Below are positions 18,276 to 27,633 of a DNA stretch of 64,000 nt, in pieces. The stretch's first letter is position 1; each line of letters begins with the position of its first letter. Source of the stretch: a bacterium. Its GTDB lineage: Bacteria; UBA8248. The notes beneath the pieces are model-generated. The model had not been told where the DNA came from and searched no databases. It was given only the letters and a program-made list of their open reading frames with translations. The stretch covers positions 1,312,001-1,376,000 of the forward strand of contig OZ244799.1 of assembly GCA_965219955.1 (NCBI GenBank), in the 5' to 3' direction. Made by a program: the position numbers and the translations under genes.

Positions 18276-19370
18276 ATGAGCATCATCGGCCATGGCGTGA
18301 TTTCAAGAACAGCGGGCGAACGCACGGAAGTGGAGGAAATCGAACTGGCCTCCCCGGGCCCGGGCGAGGTGCTGGTGAAAATCCAGGCCAGCGGCGTCTG
18401 CCACACGGACTTGCACTACAAACTCGGAAAAATCGGGGATGAATTTCCCTACCTCCTCGGCCACGAGGGCTCCGGCATCATTCAGGAAGTGGGGGAGGGC
18501 GTCTCCGACCTGGCCGTGGGCGATTACGTCGTTCTGGCCTGGCGCGCCCCCTGCGGACTCTGCCGCTTCTGCTCCATCGGCCAGCCCAGCCTATGCGCCG
18601 CCAGTTTGAACGCGGCCTCTAAGATGTACGCGAAAAAAGACGGCCGGCCCATGAGTCCTTCTCTCGGCATCGGCACGTTCTGCACGCACACCCTCGTCGC
18701 CGCGAAACAGGCGGTGAAAGTGCCCGTTTCCTGTAAGCCGGAGCAGGCCTGCCTCATCGGCTGCGGCGTCATGACGGGCGTGGGCGCCTGTCTCTATACG
18801 GCGCAGGTCAGGCGCGGGAGCACCGTGGCGGTGTATGGATGCGGCGGCGTGGGCATCAGCGTCATCATGGGCGCCAAAATGTCGCGCGCCTCTAAGATCA
18901 TCGGCGTCGACATCGCCGATAACAAGCTGGACTGGGCCAGGCAGTTCGGTGCGACCGACGTCGTCAACGCGTCTGAAACCGACCCGGTGGAGGCGATCAA
19001 GGAACTGACCGGCGGGAACGGCGTCGATTATTCCTTCGAGGCCGTGGGAACGCCGCAGACGCTCCTGCAGGCGATGTGGTCGCGCGATCTGGCGGGCACC
19101 TGCACCCTCATCGGCGTGCCCGCCCCCGACATGATGATGGAATTGCCCATGCTCCAGTTCTTCGGCCTGGGCGGCGCGCTGCGCGTATCGTGGTACGGGG
19201 ACTGCCTGCCTTCGCGGGATTTCCCGCTTCTCGCCGACTGGTACGAGAAGGGAGAGTTGGATCTGGACCGCATGGTCACGAAAATCATCGGTCTGGAAGA
19301 CGTGGAGCCCGCATTCGAGGCGATGGAACGCGGCGAAACCCTGCGATCCGTCATCCGGAACCCGGATTAA
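18276..19370 (+). CDS. Zn-dependent dehydrogenase, S-(hydroxymethyl)mycothiol dehydrogenase (MscR)-like
   Basis: GVCHTD, LLGHEG, CGLCRFC..C, GCGGVG, RDLAGT, SWYGDCLPSRDFP. Confidence 0.85.
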   Translation: MSIIGHGVISRTAGERTEVEEIELASPGPGEVLVKIQASGVCHTDLHYKLGKIGDEFPYLLGHEGSGIIQEVGEGVSDLAVGDYVVLAWRAPCGLCRFCSIGQPSLCAASLNAASKMYAKKDGRPMSPSLGIGTFCTHTLVAAKQAVKVPVSCKPEQACLIGCGVMTGVGACLYTAQVRRGSTVAVYGCGGVGISVIMGAKMSRASKIIGVDIADNKLDWARQFGATDVVNASETDPVEAIKELTGGNGVDYSFEAVGTPQTLLQAMWSRDLAGTCTLIGVPAPDMMMELPMLQFFGLGGALRVSWYGDCLPSRDFPLLADWYEKGELDLDRMVTKIIGLEDVEPAFEAMERGETLRSVIRNPD

Positions 19371-19440
19371 GATACATAAACAACAACTTGAAGATATTCT
19401 TTCATCTTGTTGTTTAGAATTCAGTTTTATTACTTCATCT

Positions 19441-22329
19441 TTAATCGTCCAGCGCGTCGGCCAGCACCTCGGCGATGTGGAGCGCCTTCTTCCCGACGCC
19501 GGTTGCGATTTGCTGCCGGCAGGAGACGCCGTTGGCGATGGTCGCCGCGTCTTCGCCGCCTGCTCTCAGGGCGGGAAAAAGCTTCGTCTCGCCGATGGCG
19601 AGCGAGATGTCAAAATGTTCCTTCTCGTAGCCGAACGAACCGGCCATCCCGCAGCAGCCAGAAGGAATCTGCGTCACCTCCAAACCGGGGATCATGCCCA
19701 GTATCCCGAGGGAAGGGCCTGTGCCCACCAGGGCTTTCTGGTGGCAATGGCCGTGAAACAGGGCTTTTTGCTGTTTCGGGGCCTTGAATTTGAGGTCGAG
19801 TTCGCCCTTGTCATGCAGGCTCTGGAGAAATTCCTCGAGCATCCAGGAATTCTCCGCCAGGCGACCCGCCGCATCGCCCGCCACGAGGTCCGGGTATTCG
19901 TCTCTGAAAGTGAGCAGGCAGCTCGGCTCGACACCGATGATCGGAAGCCCCGCCTCTATGGCGGGGGAGAGCCTCGCGATGTTCTCCTCCGCCAGCTTCT
20001 GGCCCTCGCGCAAGAGGCCGTGCGATATCATGGGCCGTCCGCAGCAGCCCGTCTCGGCGAGTCCAACTTCGAAGCCGGCCGCTTCGAGCACCTTCACCGC
20101 GGCTTTTCCGATCTCAGGGTAATTGAAGTTCGTGAACGTATCGTTCAGGAACAAAACCTTTCCGCGCGCGCCGGCCCCGTTTCGTGCGGAAGGCCGGCCC
20201 GTAAACCACTCCTCGAAGGTGGGCGTCACGAGGGGAGGGAGCCTTCTCCGCTTGTCGACCCCCAGGAACCTGTCCAGAAGCGCGCGCACGAGGCCGTTCC
20301 CCAGCGTCCAGTTCACGACCGGCGCCACGGGGACGCTCAGGCGGTTGATGCGCGCGATGCGCCCCATCACCTGAACGCGCAGGGGCACGCCGTTCTTGTC
20401 GTAGTAGGCCTGAAGCACCTCCGCCTTGATCTTCGCCATGTCCACGCTGGAGGGGCACTCCGCCTTGCAGCCTTTGCAGGAGATACAAAGGTCCATCACC
20501 TCATAGAGGCGCTCGCTGCCCATATCCTCTCCGGGGATTCCGTTCGCGATGACCTCTCTCAGCGCGTTCGCCCGCCCGCGCGTGGAGTGTTCCTCCTCCA
20601 TCGTCGCCTGGTAGGAGGGGCACATCGTGCCGTCGCGCTTGCGGCACGCGCCCACGCCGTTGCAAAGCTCAACCGCGCGCGCGAAGCCGCCGTCGCTCGA
20701 GAAATCCATGATGGTCGGAATCTCGGGCGTCTTGTAGGAGCCGTCGAAGCGCAGGTTTTGGGTGAAGGGGAGGGCGTTCACGATTTTCCCGGGGTTCATC
20801 CGGTTCTCGGGGTCGAAGAGCCGCTTCACCTCGACGAACACCCCATAGAGTTTCTCGCCGAAGAACTTTGGCACCCACTGGCTTCTCGCCAGGCCGTCGC
20901 CGTGCTCTCCGCTCATGGCGCCACCGTATTCGAGCACGAGGTCCGCGACCTCCCCGGCGATGGCGGCCATTTTTTCGATCTCCTCGTCTTCCTTGAGGTT
21001 GATGAGCGGGCGCAGGTGCAGCAGGCCCACGCTCGTGTGGCCGTAGTAGGAGGTTTCCGTGTCGTATTTCTTCATGATGGCTTCGAAATGCCGGTAATAA
21101 TCCAGGAGGTGTTCGGGGGCCACCGCGCAGTCCTCCACGAAGGCGCAGGGCTTCCAGTCGCCCCGGCGTCCGAGGAGAAAGCCCAGGCCCGCCTTCCGCA
21201 TGTTCAGGCAGTCCTGCTTGTGGGCGGGGTCGTCGAGCGGAACGCGCGCGTAGCCGATGTTCTTCGCTTCGAGTTCATCGTGGAGACGCCTGACCTTCTC
21301 TTTGGCCTCATCGTCGTTTTCGGCGAAAAACTCGATCGTCAGGAAAGAATCCGGGTCGCCCACGACGAAACTATCCATCAGACGCTGGGCTTCTAAATTC
21401 TGCTTGGCGAGTTCGATGATCACCCGGTCGATGATCTCAATCGCCGCCACGTCGTGGGCCAGAATGGTCGTGCTCGCGGCGAGGGCCTCTTCGATGCTGT
21501 GGAAATGCACCACCAGGACGCCGAGCGCCCTGGGCTTGGGGCACACGCGCACCTTGGCCTCCGTGACCACGGCCAGCGTGCCCTCGGCGCCCACCATGAG
21601 CTTGGCGAGGTTGAAGGGCTGTGATTCCCTGGCGAGTTCATCGAGGTTGTATCCGCTCACACGGCGCATGATGTCGGGGTAGCGGTCCTCAATCTCCACG
21701 CGCTGCTCATCCACGATGTCTTTCAGCGCCTTGTGCAGCCTGCCCGAGTGTGAATCCTCGCGCATGAGGTCTTCGAGAGACGCCGCATCCAGAGGCCCGA
21801 AGGAGAAGGGCTCGCCGTCTGCGAAATAGCCTGAAACTTCGATGACGTGATCCACCGTCTTTCCGTAAACGATGGAGCGCGAACCCGAGGAGTTGTTGCC
21901 CAGCATGCCGCCGATGGTGGCGCGGCTGCTCGTCGAGGTGTTCGGGCCGAAGACGAATCCGCGCGGGCTTAAGAAATCGTTGAAGTGATCCTGCACCAGC
22001 CCCGGCTGGACGCGCGCCCATTCTTCTTCGGCATTTAACTCGATCACCTGGTTCATATATTTGGAAAAATCCAGCACCAGCGCTTCTCCCACCGTCTGGC
22101 CGGCGAGGCTGGTGCCGCCGCCCCGGGGGAGGATGGCGACGTTGTGTTTCTGGGCGATTCGAAGCGTTTTTTGCACGTCGGCGTTCGTTTTCGGCAGCAC
22201 GAGGCCCACGGGCTCTATCTCGTACATGCTCGCATCGGTGCTGTATATCTTTCTCGTGAAGGCATCGAAACGCACTTCGCCTTCAATGGCTACGCGCAAA
22301 TCTTCTTCAAGTGCAGTAGCAACTACCAT
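19441..22329 (-). CDS. FAD-binding / Fe-S oxidoreductase (GlcD-GlcF fusion, YdiJ-like)
   Basis: YSTDAS, RGGGTSLAGQ, ATIGGMLGNNSSG, SGEHGDG, CNGVGAC, CISCKGCKAECP, CCG domains. Confidence 0.9.
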   Translation of the reverse strand: MVVATALEEDLRVAIEGEVRFDAFTRKIYSTDASMYEIEPVGLVLPKTNADVQKTLRIAQKHNVAILPRGGGTSLAGQTVGEALVLDFSKYMNQVIELNAEEEWARVQPGLVQDHFNDFLSPRGFVFGPNTSTSSRATIGGMLGNNSSGSRSIVYGKTVDHVIEVSGYFADGEPFSFGPLDAASLEDLMREDSHSGRLHKALKDIVDEQRVEIEDRYPDIMRRVSGYNLDELARESQPFNLAKLMVGAEGTLAVVTEAKVRVCPKPRALGVLVVHFHSIEEALAASTTILAHDVAAIEIIDRVIIELAKQNLEAQRLMDSFVVGDPDSFLTIEFFAENDDEAKEKVRRLHDELEAKNIGYARVPLDDPAHKQDCLNMRKAGLGFLLGRRGDWKPCAFVEDCAVAPEHLLDYYRHFEAIMKKYDTETSYYGHTSVGLLHLRPLINLKEDEEIEKMAAIAGEVADLVLEYGGAMSGEHGDGLARSQWVPKFFGEKLYGVFVEVKRLFDPENRMNPGKIVNALPFTQNLRFDGSYKTPEIPTIMDFSSDGGFARAVELCNGVGACRKRDGTMCPSYQATMEEEHSTRGRANALREVIANGIPGEDMGSERLYEVMDLCISCKGCKAECPSSVDMAKIKAEVLQAYYDKNGVPLRVQVMGRIARINRLSVPVAPVVNWTLGNGLVRALLDRFLGVDKRRRLPPLVTPTFEEWFTGRPSARNGAGARGKVLFLNDTFTNFNYPEIGKAAVKVLEAAGFEVGLAETGCCGRPMISHGLLREGQKLAEENIARLSPAIEAGLPIIGVEPSCLLTFRDEYPDLVAGDAAGRLAENSWMLEEFLQSLHDKGELDLKFKAPKQQKALFHGHCHQKALVGTGPSLGILGMIPGLEVTQIPSGCCGMAGSFGYEKEHFDISLAIGETKLFPALRAGGEDAATIANGVSCRQQIATGVGKKALHIAEVLADALDD

Positions 22330-22533
22330 CAGATACCTCTTTGATTATTAAAGATAAAATAATGAATTATTATAAATTACTTTAAGTTTGGAAAACCAGA
22401 TTTATCATAGGTTACGCGAGCACCGGAGACAAGGGAAGTATCGTCCCTTTTCGCCATCTCCGCCACACGCGTTTGCCAAAGAACAAGTGGCGCGTTAAGT
22501 TTCTGGCAGACGCTCAAGAGAAGGAACGATGTC

Positions 22534-23535
22534 TTGAACTACCACGAACTGGCGCAGCGCGCCCTGGAAGATGCAAGTCCCGGACGAGAAGAGGCGTTAT
22601 CCGTCATCAATGCGCCCGACGACGAGATTCTTCAGCTTCTGGACGCCGCCTTTTCGGTGCGGCGCGCCTATTTCGGAAAAAAAGTGCAGATCCATTACCT
22701 CATCAACGCCAAGAGCGGCATCTGTCCGGAGGATTGCGGCTATTGCTCTCAATCCGCCGTGTCCAGCGCTCAGATCGACAGATACGAGCTGGTGGACGAG
22801 GAGCAACTCCTCGAGGGCGCCTCACGGGCCGAGGCGGCCGGTTCGAGGCGCTACTGCATCGTCATCAGCGCGCGGGGGCCGTCGGACGCGGAAATCGAAA
22901 AACTCTGCCGCGCCGTCTCCGAGATAAAATCGCGCCACCGCCTTTCCGTGTGCTGTTCTCTCGGCTTGCTGGAAGCCTCCCAGGCCGCCAGACTCAGCGA
23001 GGCGGGCGTCGATCGCTTCAACCACAACCTGAACACGAGCGAGAATTATTATCCTCAAATCTGCTCCACGCACACCTATGACGACCGGGTGGACACCCTG
23101 GGCGCGGCGCGCGGGGCAGGCCTCGAATTATGCTCGGGCGTCATTTTCGGGCAAGGGGAGAGCACTGGGGACGTCATCGACGTATGTGAGGCGCTGAGCG
23201 CGCTCGCGCCCGAGTCGATACCCGTCAACTTCCTCAATCCGATCGGCGGAACGCCGCTTGAGGGGAAGCCGCTGCTCGGGCCGATCTTCTGCCTCAAGCT
23301 GCTGTGCTTGATGCGCTTCTATAATCCCCGCTCAGAGATCCGCGTCGCCGGGGGAAGGGAAGTCCAACTGAGAGAAATGCAGCCTCTGGCACTCTATCCG
23401 GCCAACTCGATTTTCGTGGACGGCTATCTCACCACATCCGGCCAGGAGTCGGCCGCCGCTCATCGCATGATCCATGACGCGGGATTCGAGCTCGACGTCA
23501 CAGGCCATGCCGACCCGGTTTTATCTGAGCGATAA
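22534..23535 (+). CDS. bioB: Biotin synthase
   Basis: NAKSGICPEDCGYCSQS, FNHNLNTS, SIPVNFL, RVAGGRE, ANSIF..YLTT. Confidence 0.95.
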   Translation: MNYHELAQRALEDASPGREEALSVINAPDDEILQLLDAAFSVRRAYFGKKVQIHYLINAKSGICPEDCGYCSQSAVSSAQIDRYELVDEEQLLEGASRAEAAGSRRYCIVISARGPSDAEIEKLCRAVSEIKSRHRLSVCCSLGLLEASQAARLSEAGVDRFNHNLNTSENYYPQICSTHTYDDRVDTLGAARGAGLELCSGVIFGQGESTGDVIDVCEALSALAPESIPVNFLNPIGGTPLEGKPLLGPIFCLKLLCLMRFYNPRSEIRVAGGREVQLREMQPLALYPANSIFVDGYLTTSGQESAAAHRMIHDAGFELDVTGHADPVLSER

Positions 23536-23727
23536 TCCAGAATTTCATCTGTTGTTCCGCCGTTCAGGGGAACCCGTTTTCAAGTGAATAGTTTTCGGCC
23601 GCCAACGAGAAGCTTATCTTTCAGGTTTTTTGATTTGAAGAAAAGAACTAAGAATCAGTCATATAAATTTAATTACCAGGCATTTAACCTACGATATCTG
23701 ATAATCTACATTAAGATATAATCCACG

Positions 23728-24951
23728 CTAATCCCTGTATTTGTCTCGCACTTCCGCTCCCGCCATCGCCACTCCGATGGGCCTGAGCACGTGTAAAATG
23801 CGAAGCGCGTCGTCATGCAGTTTCAATACCTCTTCAAGTCGTTTGTACGCCTGCGGCGCCTCATCGGTATCCGCTCCGCGAAGCACGACCCCCATCCTCT
23901 CAATCCATTCATTCATTTGCTCACGCGTGATTGCGCCGCCCTTGCGAATCAGACGGCCCTTGCGCCATCTTTTCCTTCCGGCCGCCCTGGTTCTGCTCAT
24001 CACGCGGCCCGCGCCGTGAATCGTGGAGTAGAGGAGAGATTTCGACCCCGGCGTCTCCACGCCCTCGGCGATGACGGAAATATCCCCCATGCTTCCGCCG
24101 ATAAAACATTTCTGGCCGGGCCAGGCCGGCGTGGCGCCCTTGCGAACCACGATACAGCGGATGCCGTCGTGCTCTTCCTCCCACGCGAAATTGTGGTGGT
24201 TGTGCACTTCCCATTCTGAGCGGGCTCCCAGGATATCGAGAACACGGGCCCCCACGTAATCCCTGCCGGCATAGGCGTAGCGCCCGGCCAGCTCCATGGC
24301 GGCGAAATAGTCGCTCCCCAGCGAAGAGGCGAGAGAGAATACGGTGGCCCTGGCGTGCATTTCCTCCCGGGCAGGGGAGTCATGGAACTTTCGGTTCTTC
24401 GCCAGATTCAGAAAACCGGTGCATGTTTTGTGGCCAAAGCCCCTGGAGCCGAAATGAATCCCGAGCCAGAGCGAGTCGTCCGCCTCCTCGACGAATAAAT
24501 CGACATAATGATTGCCCGCGCCGATGGTGCCCAACTGCGAGCGGGCCAGCGGCTTCAAATCCTCGAATTCGGGCATTACCCTCCAGGCGGGGTCATCGAA
24601 AAGCGGGTCGTCTATGGGTTCGGGATTTTTCCGGCCCATGCCGAATTCCAGGTTCTGAAATATCTCATCCATGATGCCGGAGAGTTCAGGGCGCACGTCC
24701 GAGGCTTTCAAATTCGTCCTGATGGCTTTATTCCCACAGGCGATGTCATAGCCCACGCCACTCGGCGATACGGCGTTTTCATAGGCGATAATGCCCCCGA
24801 TGGGCATGGAATAGCCCAGATGGTGATCCGCGCACAAAGCGCCTGCCCGCGCTTCAAGGTCGTCGAGGCAGCACTCTATCTGGCGAAGAGCGCCTTCATC
24901 CACGGGATGACCACGTACGGCAAGGGGTTTTCCTTCAGGGTGTGGCTTCAT
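23728..24951 (-). CDS. rtcB: RtcB family RNA ligase
   Basis: ADHHLGY, GVGYDIACG, LGTIGAGNHY, HFGSRG, HNHHN, RKGAT, HGAGR, DEAPQAYK. Confidence 0.93.
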   Translation of the reverse strand: MKPHPEGKPLAVRGHPVDEGALRQIECCLDDLEARAGALCADHHLGYSMPIGGIIAYENAVSPSGVGYDIACGNKAIRTNLKASDVRPELSGIMDEIFQNLEFGMGRKNPEPIDDPLFDDPAWRVMPEFEDLKPLARSQLGTIGAGNHYVDLFVEEADDSLWLGIHFGSRGFGHKTCTGFLNLAKNRKFHDSPAREEMHARATVFSLASSLGSDYFAAMELAGRYAYAGRDYVGARVLDILGARSEWEVHNHHNFAWEEEHDGIRCIVVRKGATPAWPGQKCFIGGSMGDISVIAEGVETPGSKSLLYSTIHGAGRVMSRTRAAGRKRWRKGRLIRKGGAITREQMNEWIERMGVVLRGADTDEAPQAYKRLEEVLKLHDDALRILHVLRPIGVAMAGAEVRDKYRD

Positions 24952-25068
24952 GACTCGGTCTATCAGCAGGGGAGTTCAAGGAATGGGCCTGAAAAGACGC
25001 CGGGATGTTATTTTACATAACATATCTTATCATCGAATTGCCTTGCGGTGAATTTCCGGCCAGGCTTT

Positions 25069-25740
25069 TTATTTGACGGGCTTTTCGCCGCCCAATTTCG
25101 CGCGGATTCGGGCGGTCAGAAACGGACTCTCGGGGTGTTTTTTGCTTAACTCTTCATAAGTCTTGCGCGCATCCTCGAACCGGCCAAGCCTCTCCTGGCA
25201 ATCGGCAATGGAAAGATACAGGTCTTCAGACGTCAAGAGGCTCCCTTTCTTGAGGATTGACTCCCAAACCGGGATGGCCTCGGCGCAGGCGCCCTCCAGC
25301 ATCAAGACAGTGGCTGTTCCGCGTCTCGCCAGTTCTTTGTCGGTTTCAGAGGAAACGCTGCTCTTCAGCACGAGTTCATATTGCGCCCGTGCGCCTTGAT
25401 ATTGTTTTCTGTCGCGCAGCAAGGCCGCCAGGTGCAATCTCGCCAGAAGACCGGGGCGCGAGCGTGGATAATCGTTGGCCACCTTCTGAAACGCCGCTTC
25501 CGCCGCTTCTCCCTTGCCGTCCGGAGAAGCGATTTTAGCCAACCCATAAGCCATTGACGCTTTTTCTCTCGCACGCTCATCCCACATGCGGTAGCCCACA
25601 AAGCCAGCCGCCACCAAAACAACGACGCCCAAAGCCACGTAAAGAATCTTCTGGTTCTCGACAAACCAGAAAACCAGCTTTCTTCCATACGTCTGTAATG
25701 CATCCGGTTGCCGGATTTCTTTTCTGAAAGTCCTGGCCAT
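25069..25740 (-). CDS. YfgM-like membrane-anchored TPR protein
   Basis: KEIRQPD N-terminus, one TM helix, TPR-like helices (YPRS..A..L, YEEL..HPES). Confidence 0.75.
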   Translation of the reverse strand: MARTFRKEIRQPDALQTYGRKLVFWFVENQKILYVALGVVVLVAAGFVGYRMWDERAREKASMAYGLAKIASPDGKGEAAEAAFQKVANDYPRSRPGLLARLHLAALLRDRKQYQGARAQYELVLKSSVSSETDKELARRGTATVLMLEGACAEAIPVWESILKKGSLLTSEDLYLSIADCQERLGRFEDARKTYEELSKKHPESPFLTARIRAKLGGEKPVK

Positions 25741-25957
25741 CTCACCATGATCCTTTTGCGTTAAAACCCATATCAGCGACAATGATTCCATCGGAAATGT
25801 ATGGCCACTGGCGCATCAGTCATCCAGATTCAAAGCTGCTTCGCGGTTTCCGTCCTCGGGAATAAGCGGCTGGCACAATAAGCGGAACGGACCGATCCGT
25901 CAATCGCTTCTCGAAATGCGGACCCGGCGGAGTTGGCGAATCAAATCCAGGCAAGCC

Positions 25958-26380
25958 TCAACGGCCCTTATCAAGAATATCGAGTATTTCTTCGAGTTCT
26001 TTTCGAACCCAGGCCAGATCGATGTTTTCCCGGCTTGGACTCTCGAGCGGCAACACGGGGGCAACGTCCGTCCCGGCTTCGGCAGGCTTCTTCGCCTTGT
26101 TTGCTTCGGCTCTCGCTGCCCTTTGCTTTTGAAGCTGTTTCTTGGCCCCGGCAATGGTGAAGTTCTCTTCATACAGCAGTTGCTTGATCGAAAAAACGAG
26201 TTCAACGTCTTTGCGGCGGTAAATCCGTTGCCCGGAATCACCTTTCGCCGGCCGGAGCATCCGGAATTCGCTCTCCCAGTAACGCAGGACATGGGGCTTC
26301 GTGCCCGTTAATTCCGCCACCTCACCGATCTTGAAGAACAACTTGTCGGGTATGTGCTGATTCCGGGAGGTCTGGGCCAT
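25958..26380 (-). CDS. MerR family transcriptional regulator
   Basis: [34 protein letters not shown]. Confidence 0.92.
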   Translation of the reverse strand: MAQTSRNQHIPDKLFFKIGEVAELTGTKPHVLRYWESEFRMLRPAKGDSGQRIYRRKDVELVFSIKQLLYEENFTIAGAKKQLQKQRAARAEANKAKKPAEAGTDVAPVLPLESPSRENIDLAWVRKELEEILDILDKGR

Positions 26381-26390
26381 AATATACTCC

Positions 26391-27608
26391 CTATTTTCTC
26401 GACCTTCGGCGAACTACGATGGCGTCCGAAAATCCGGCAAGGCGGATTTTTTTTCTGAATGCCAAAGCATCACGAAGGCTCTCGAATTTGCCGGTTCTTA
26501 TTCTGTAAAGTCGCCTTGTCCCGCCACGTTGAAGCCGGGAGGCAAGCTCACCACGAAAACCAGAATCTTCCGCGCGATCCAGAAGAAGGGCAGCATCTTC
26601 CAGATTCCTGAAACTTCCCGCAGCCACTGTCCACCGATTATTATATCGGTACACTCTGGCTCCGATTCTTTTCTTCCTCGCCTCGTTCGCCAAAGCCCGA
26701 GCCTCGGCAAGACTCGAAAACGAGCCGAGGCGCACCTCCGTCATGCGGCTGCTGCTCCTTCGCGCGCGGCTGACGCCTGACACCTTGAAGACGGAAAATC
26801 CTTTGCCCTTCAAGCGTTTCGAGAATGCTTCCGCGCAACGCCCGGTACGACAGGAAGCCACCTGAACGCTATAGTAAAAACCCCGAGAGGGCTTGCGGAT
26901 GCCTGCTCCGCCTCGAATTTTCGCTTTTGGCTTTTCGGTCTTTTTCTCAGCGTCCGGTTTTCTCCTGGGGCTCGGGCGAACGGGCGCCGGCGTTACAGGC
27001 GGAACTTTTTTCTCGGGCACCACAGCGGCCACCACCATTTGCTGTTTCGGCTTGGCTTTCTCTCTCGACGCCATGGCGGGCTTTTTTATCGGAGCAGCGG
27101 CGAGCGGCGCTTTTTCAGCCGGACTCCGCGGCGCGGCTTTGCGTTCCATCTTCGACGCAACGGGGGATATGGGTTTTTCGGCCGATCCCGGAGCCGCCGG
27201 GCGCTCGGGCTGCATGTTTTGCTCCGCTCCCCCGAGACCTCTTTTTTGCTCCTGTTGGTCCTGGTTTTGTCGAAATTGGCCGGAGGCGCCGGGCGCCTGC
27301 TGCGGACGTTCCGTTGCGCCTCTCAGTTTCGCCAAGCGCATTTTTCTTTGTTGTTCTTCCTTCATGCGGGCTTTTTCGAGCTGTTCCGTTTTTTTCACTT
27401 TGGGAAGCCACCAAAACTGATATCCCGCCCAGGCTACTCCACCCAGCATGACGCATACGAACAGGATGACCATCAAGACATCGACGAAACCGCCTCTTCG
27501 ACGCTCGTAACTTCCTCCGTCGTCTCCGTCGTCTCCGGAGTCTCCGCCTGAATCCCCTTCCCTTTCCTCATCATCGCCTTCGAGAAGATTCACCCCTTTT
27601 CTCGCCAT
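26391..27608 (-). CDS. Membrane-anchored SPOR-domain protein
   Basis: Acidic N-terminus, TM helix, Pro/Lys linker, [29 protein letters not shown]. Confidence 0.75.
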   Translation of the reverse strand: MARKGVNLLEGDDEEREGDSGGDSGDDGDDGGSYERRRGGFVDVLMVILFVCVMLGGVAWAGYQFWWLPKVKKTEQLEKARMKEEQQRKMRLAKLRGATERPQQAPGASGQFRQNQDQQEQKRGLGGAEQNMQPERPAAPGSAEKPISPVASKMERKAAPRSPAEKAPLAAAPIKKPAMASREKAKPKQQMVVAAVVPEKKVPPVTPAPVRPSPRRKPDAEKKTEKPKAKIRGGAGIRKPSRGFYYSVQVASCRTGRCAEAFSKRLKGKGFSVFKVSGVSRARRSSSRMTEVRLGSFSSLAEARALANEARKKRIGARVYRYNNRWTVAAGSFRNLEDAALLLDRAEDSGFRGELASRLQRGGTRRLYRIRTGKFESLRDALAFRKKIRLAGFSDAIVVRRRSRK

Positions 27609-27633
27609 GATATGAACCCTCTATATGCGAAAA

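Noticed and set aside
9198-25068. Integrative island or prophage at tRNA-Arg or tRNA-Pro
   Set aside because: No integrase, phage genes or duplicated tRNA 3' end could be found by eye.
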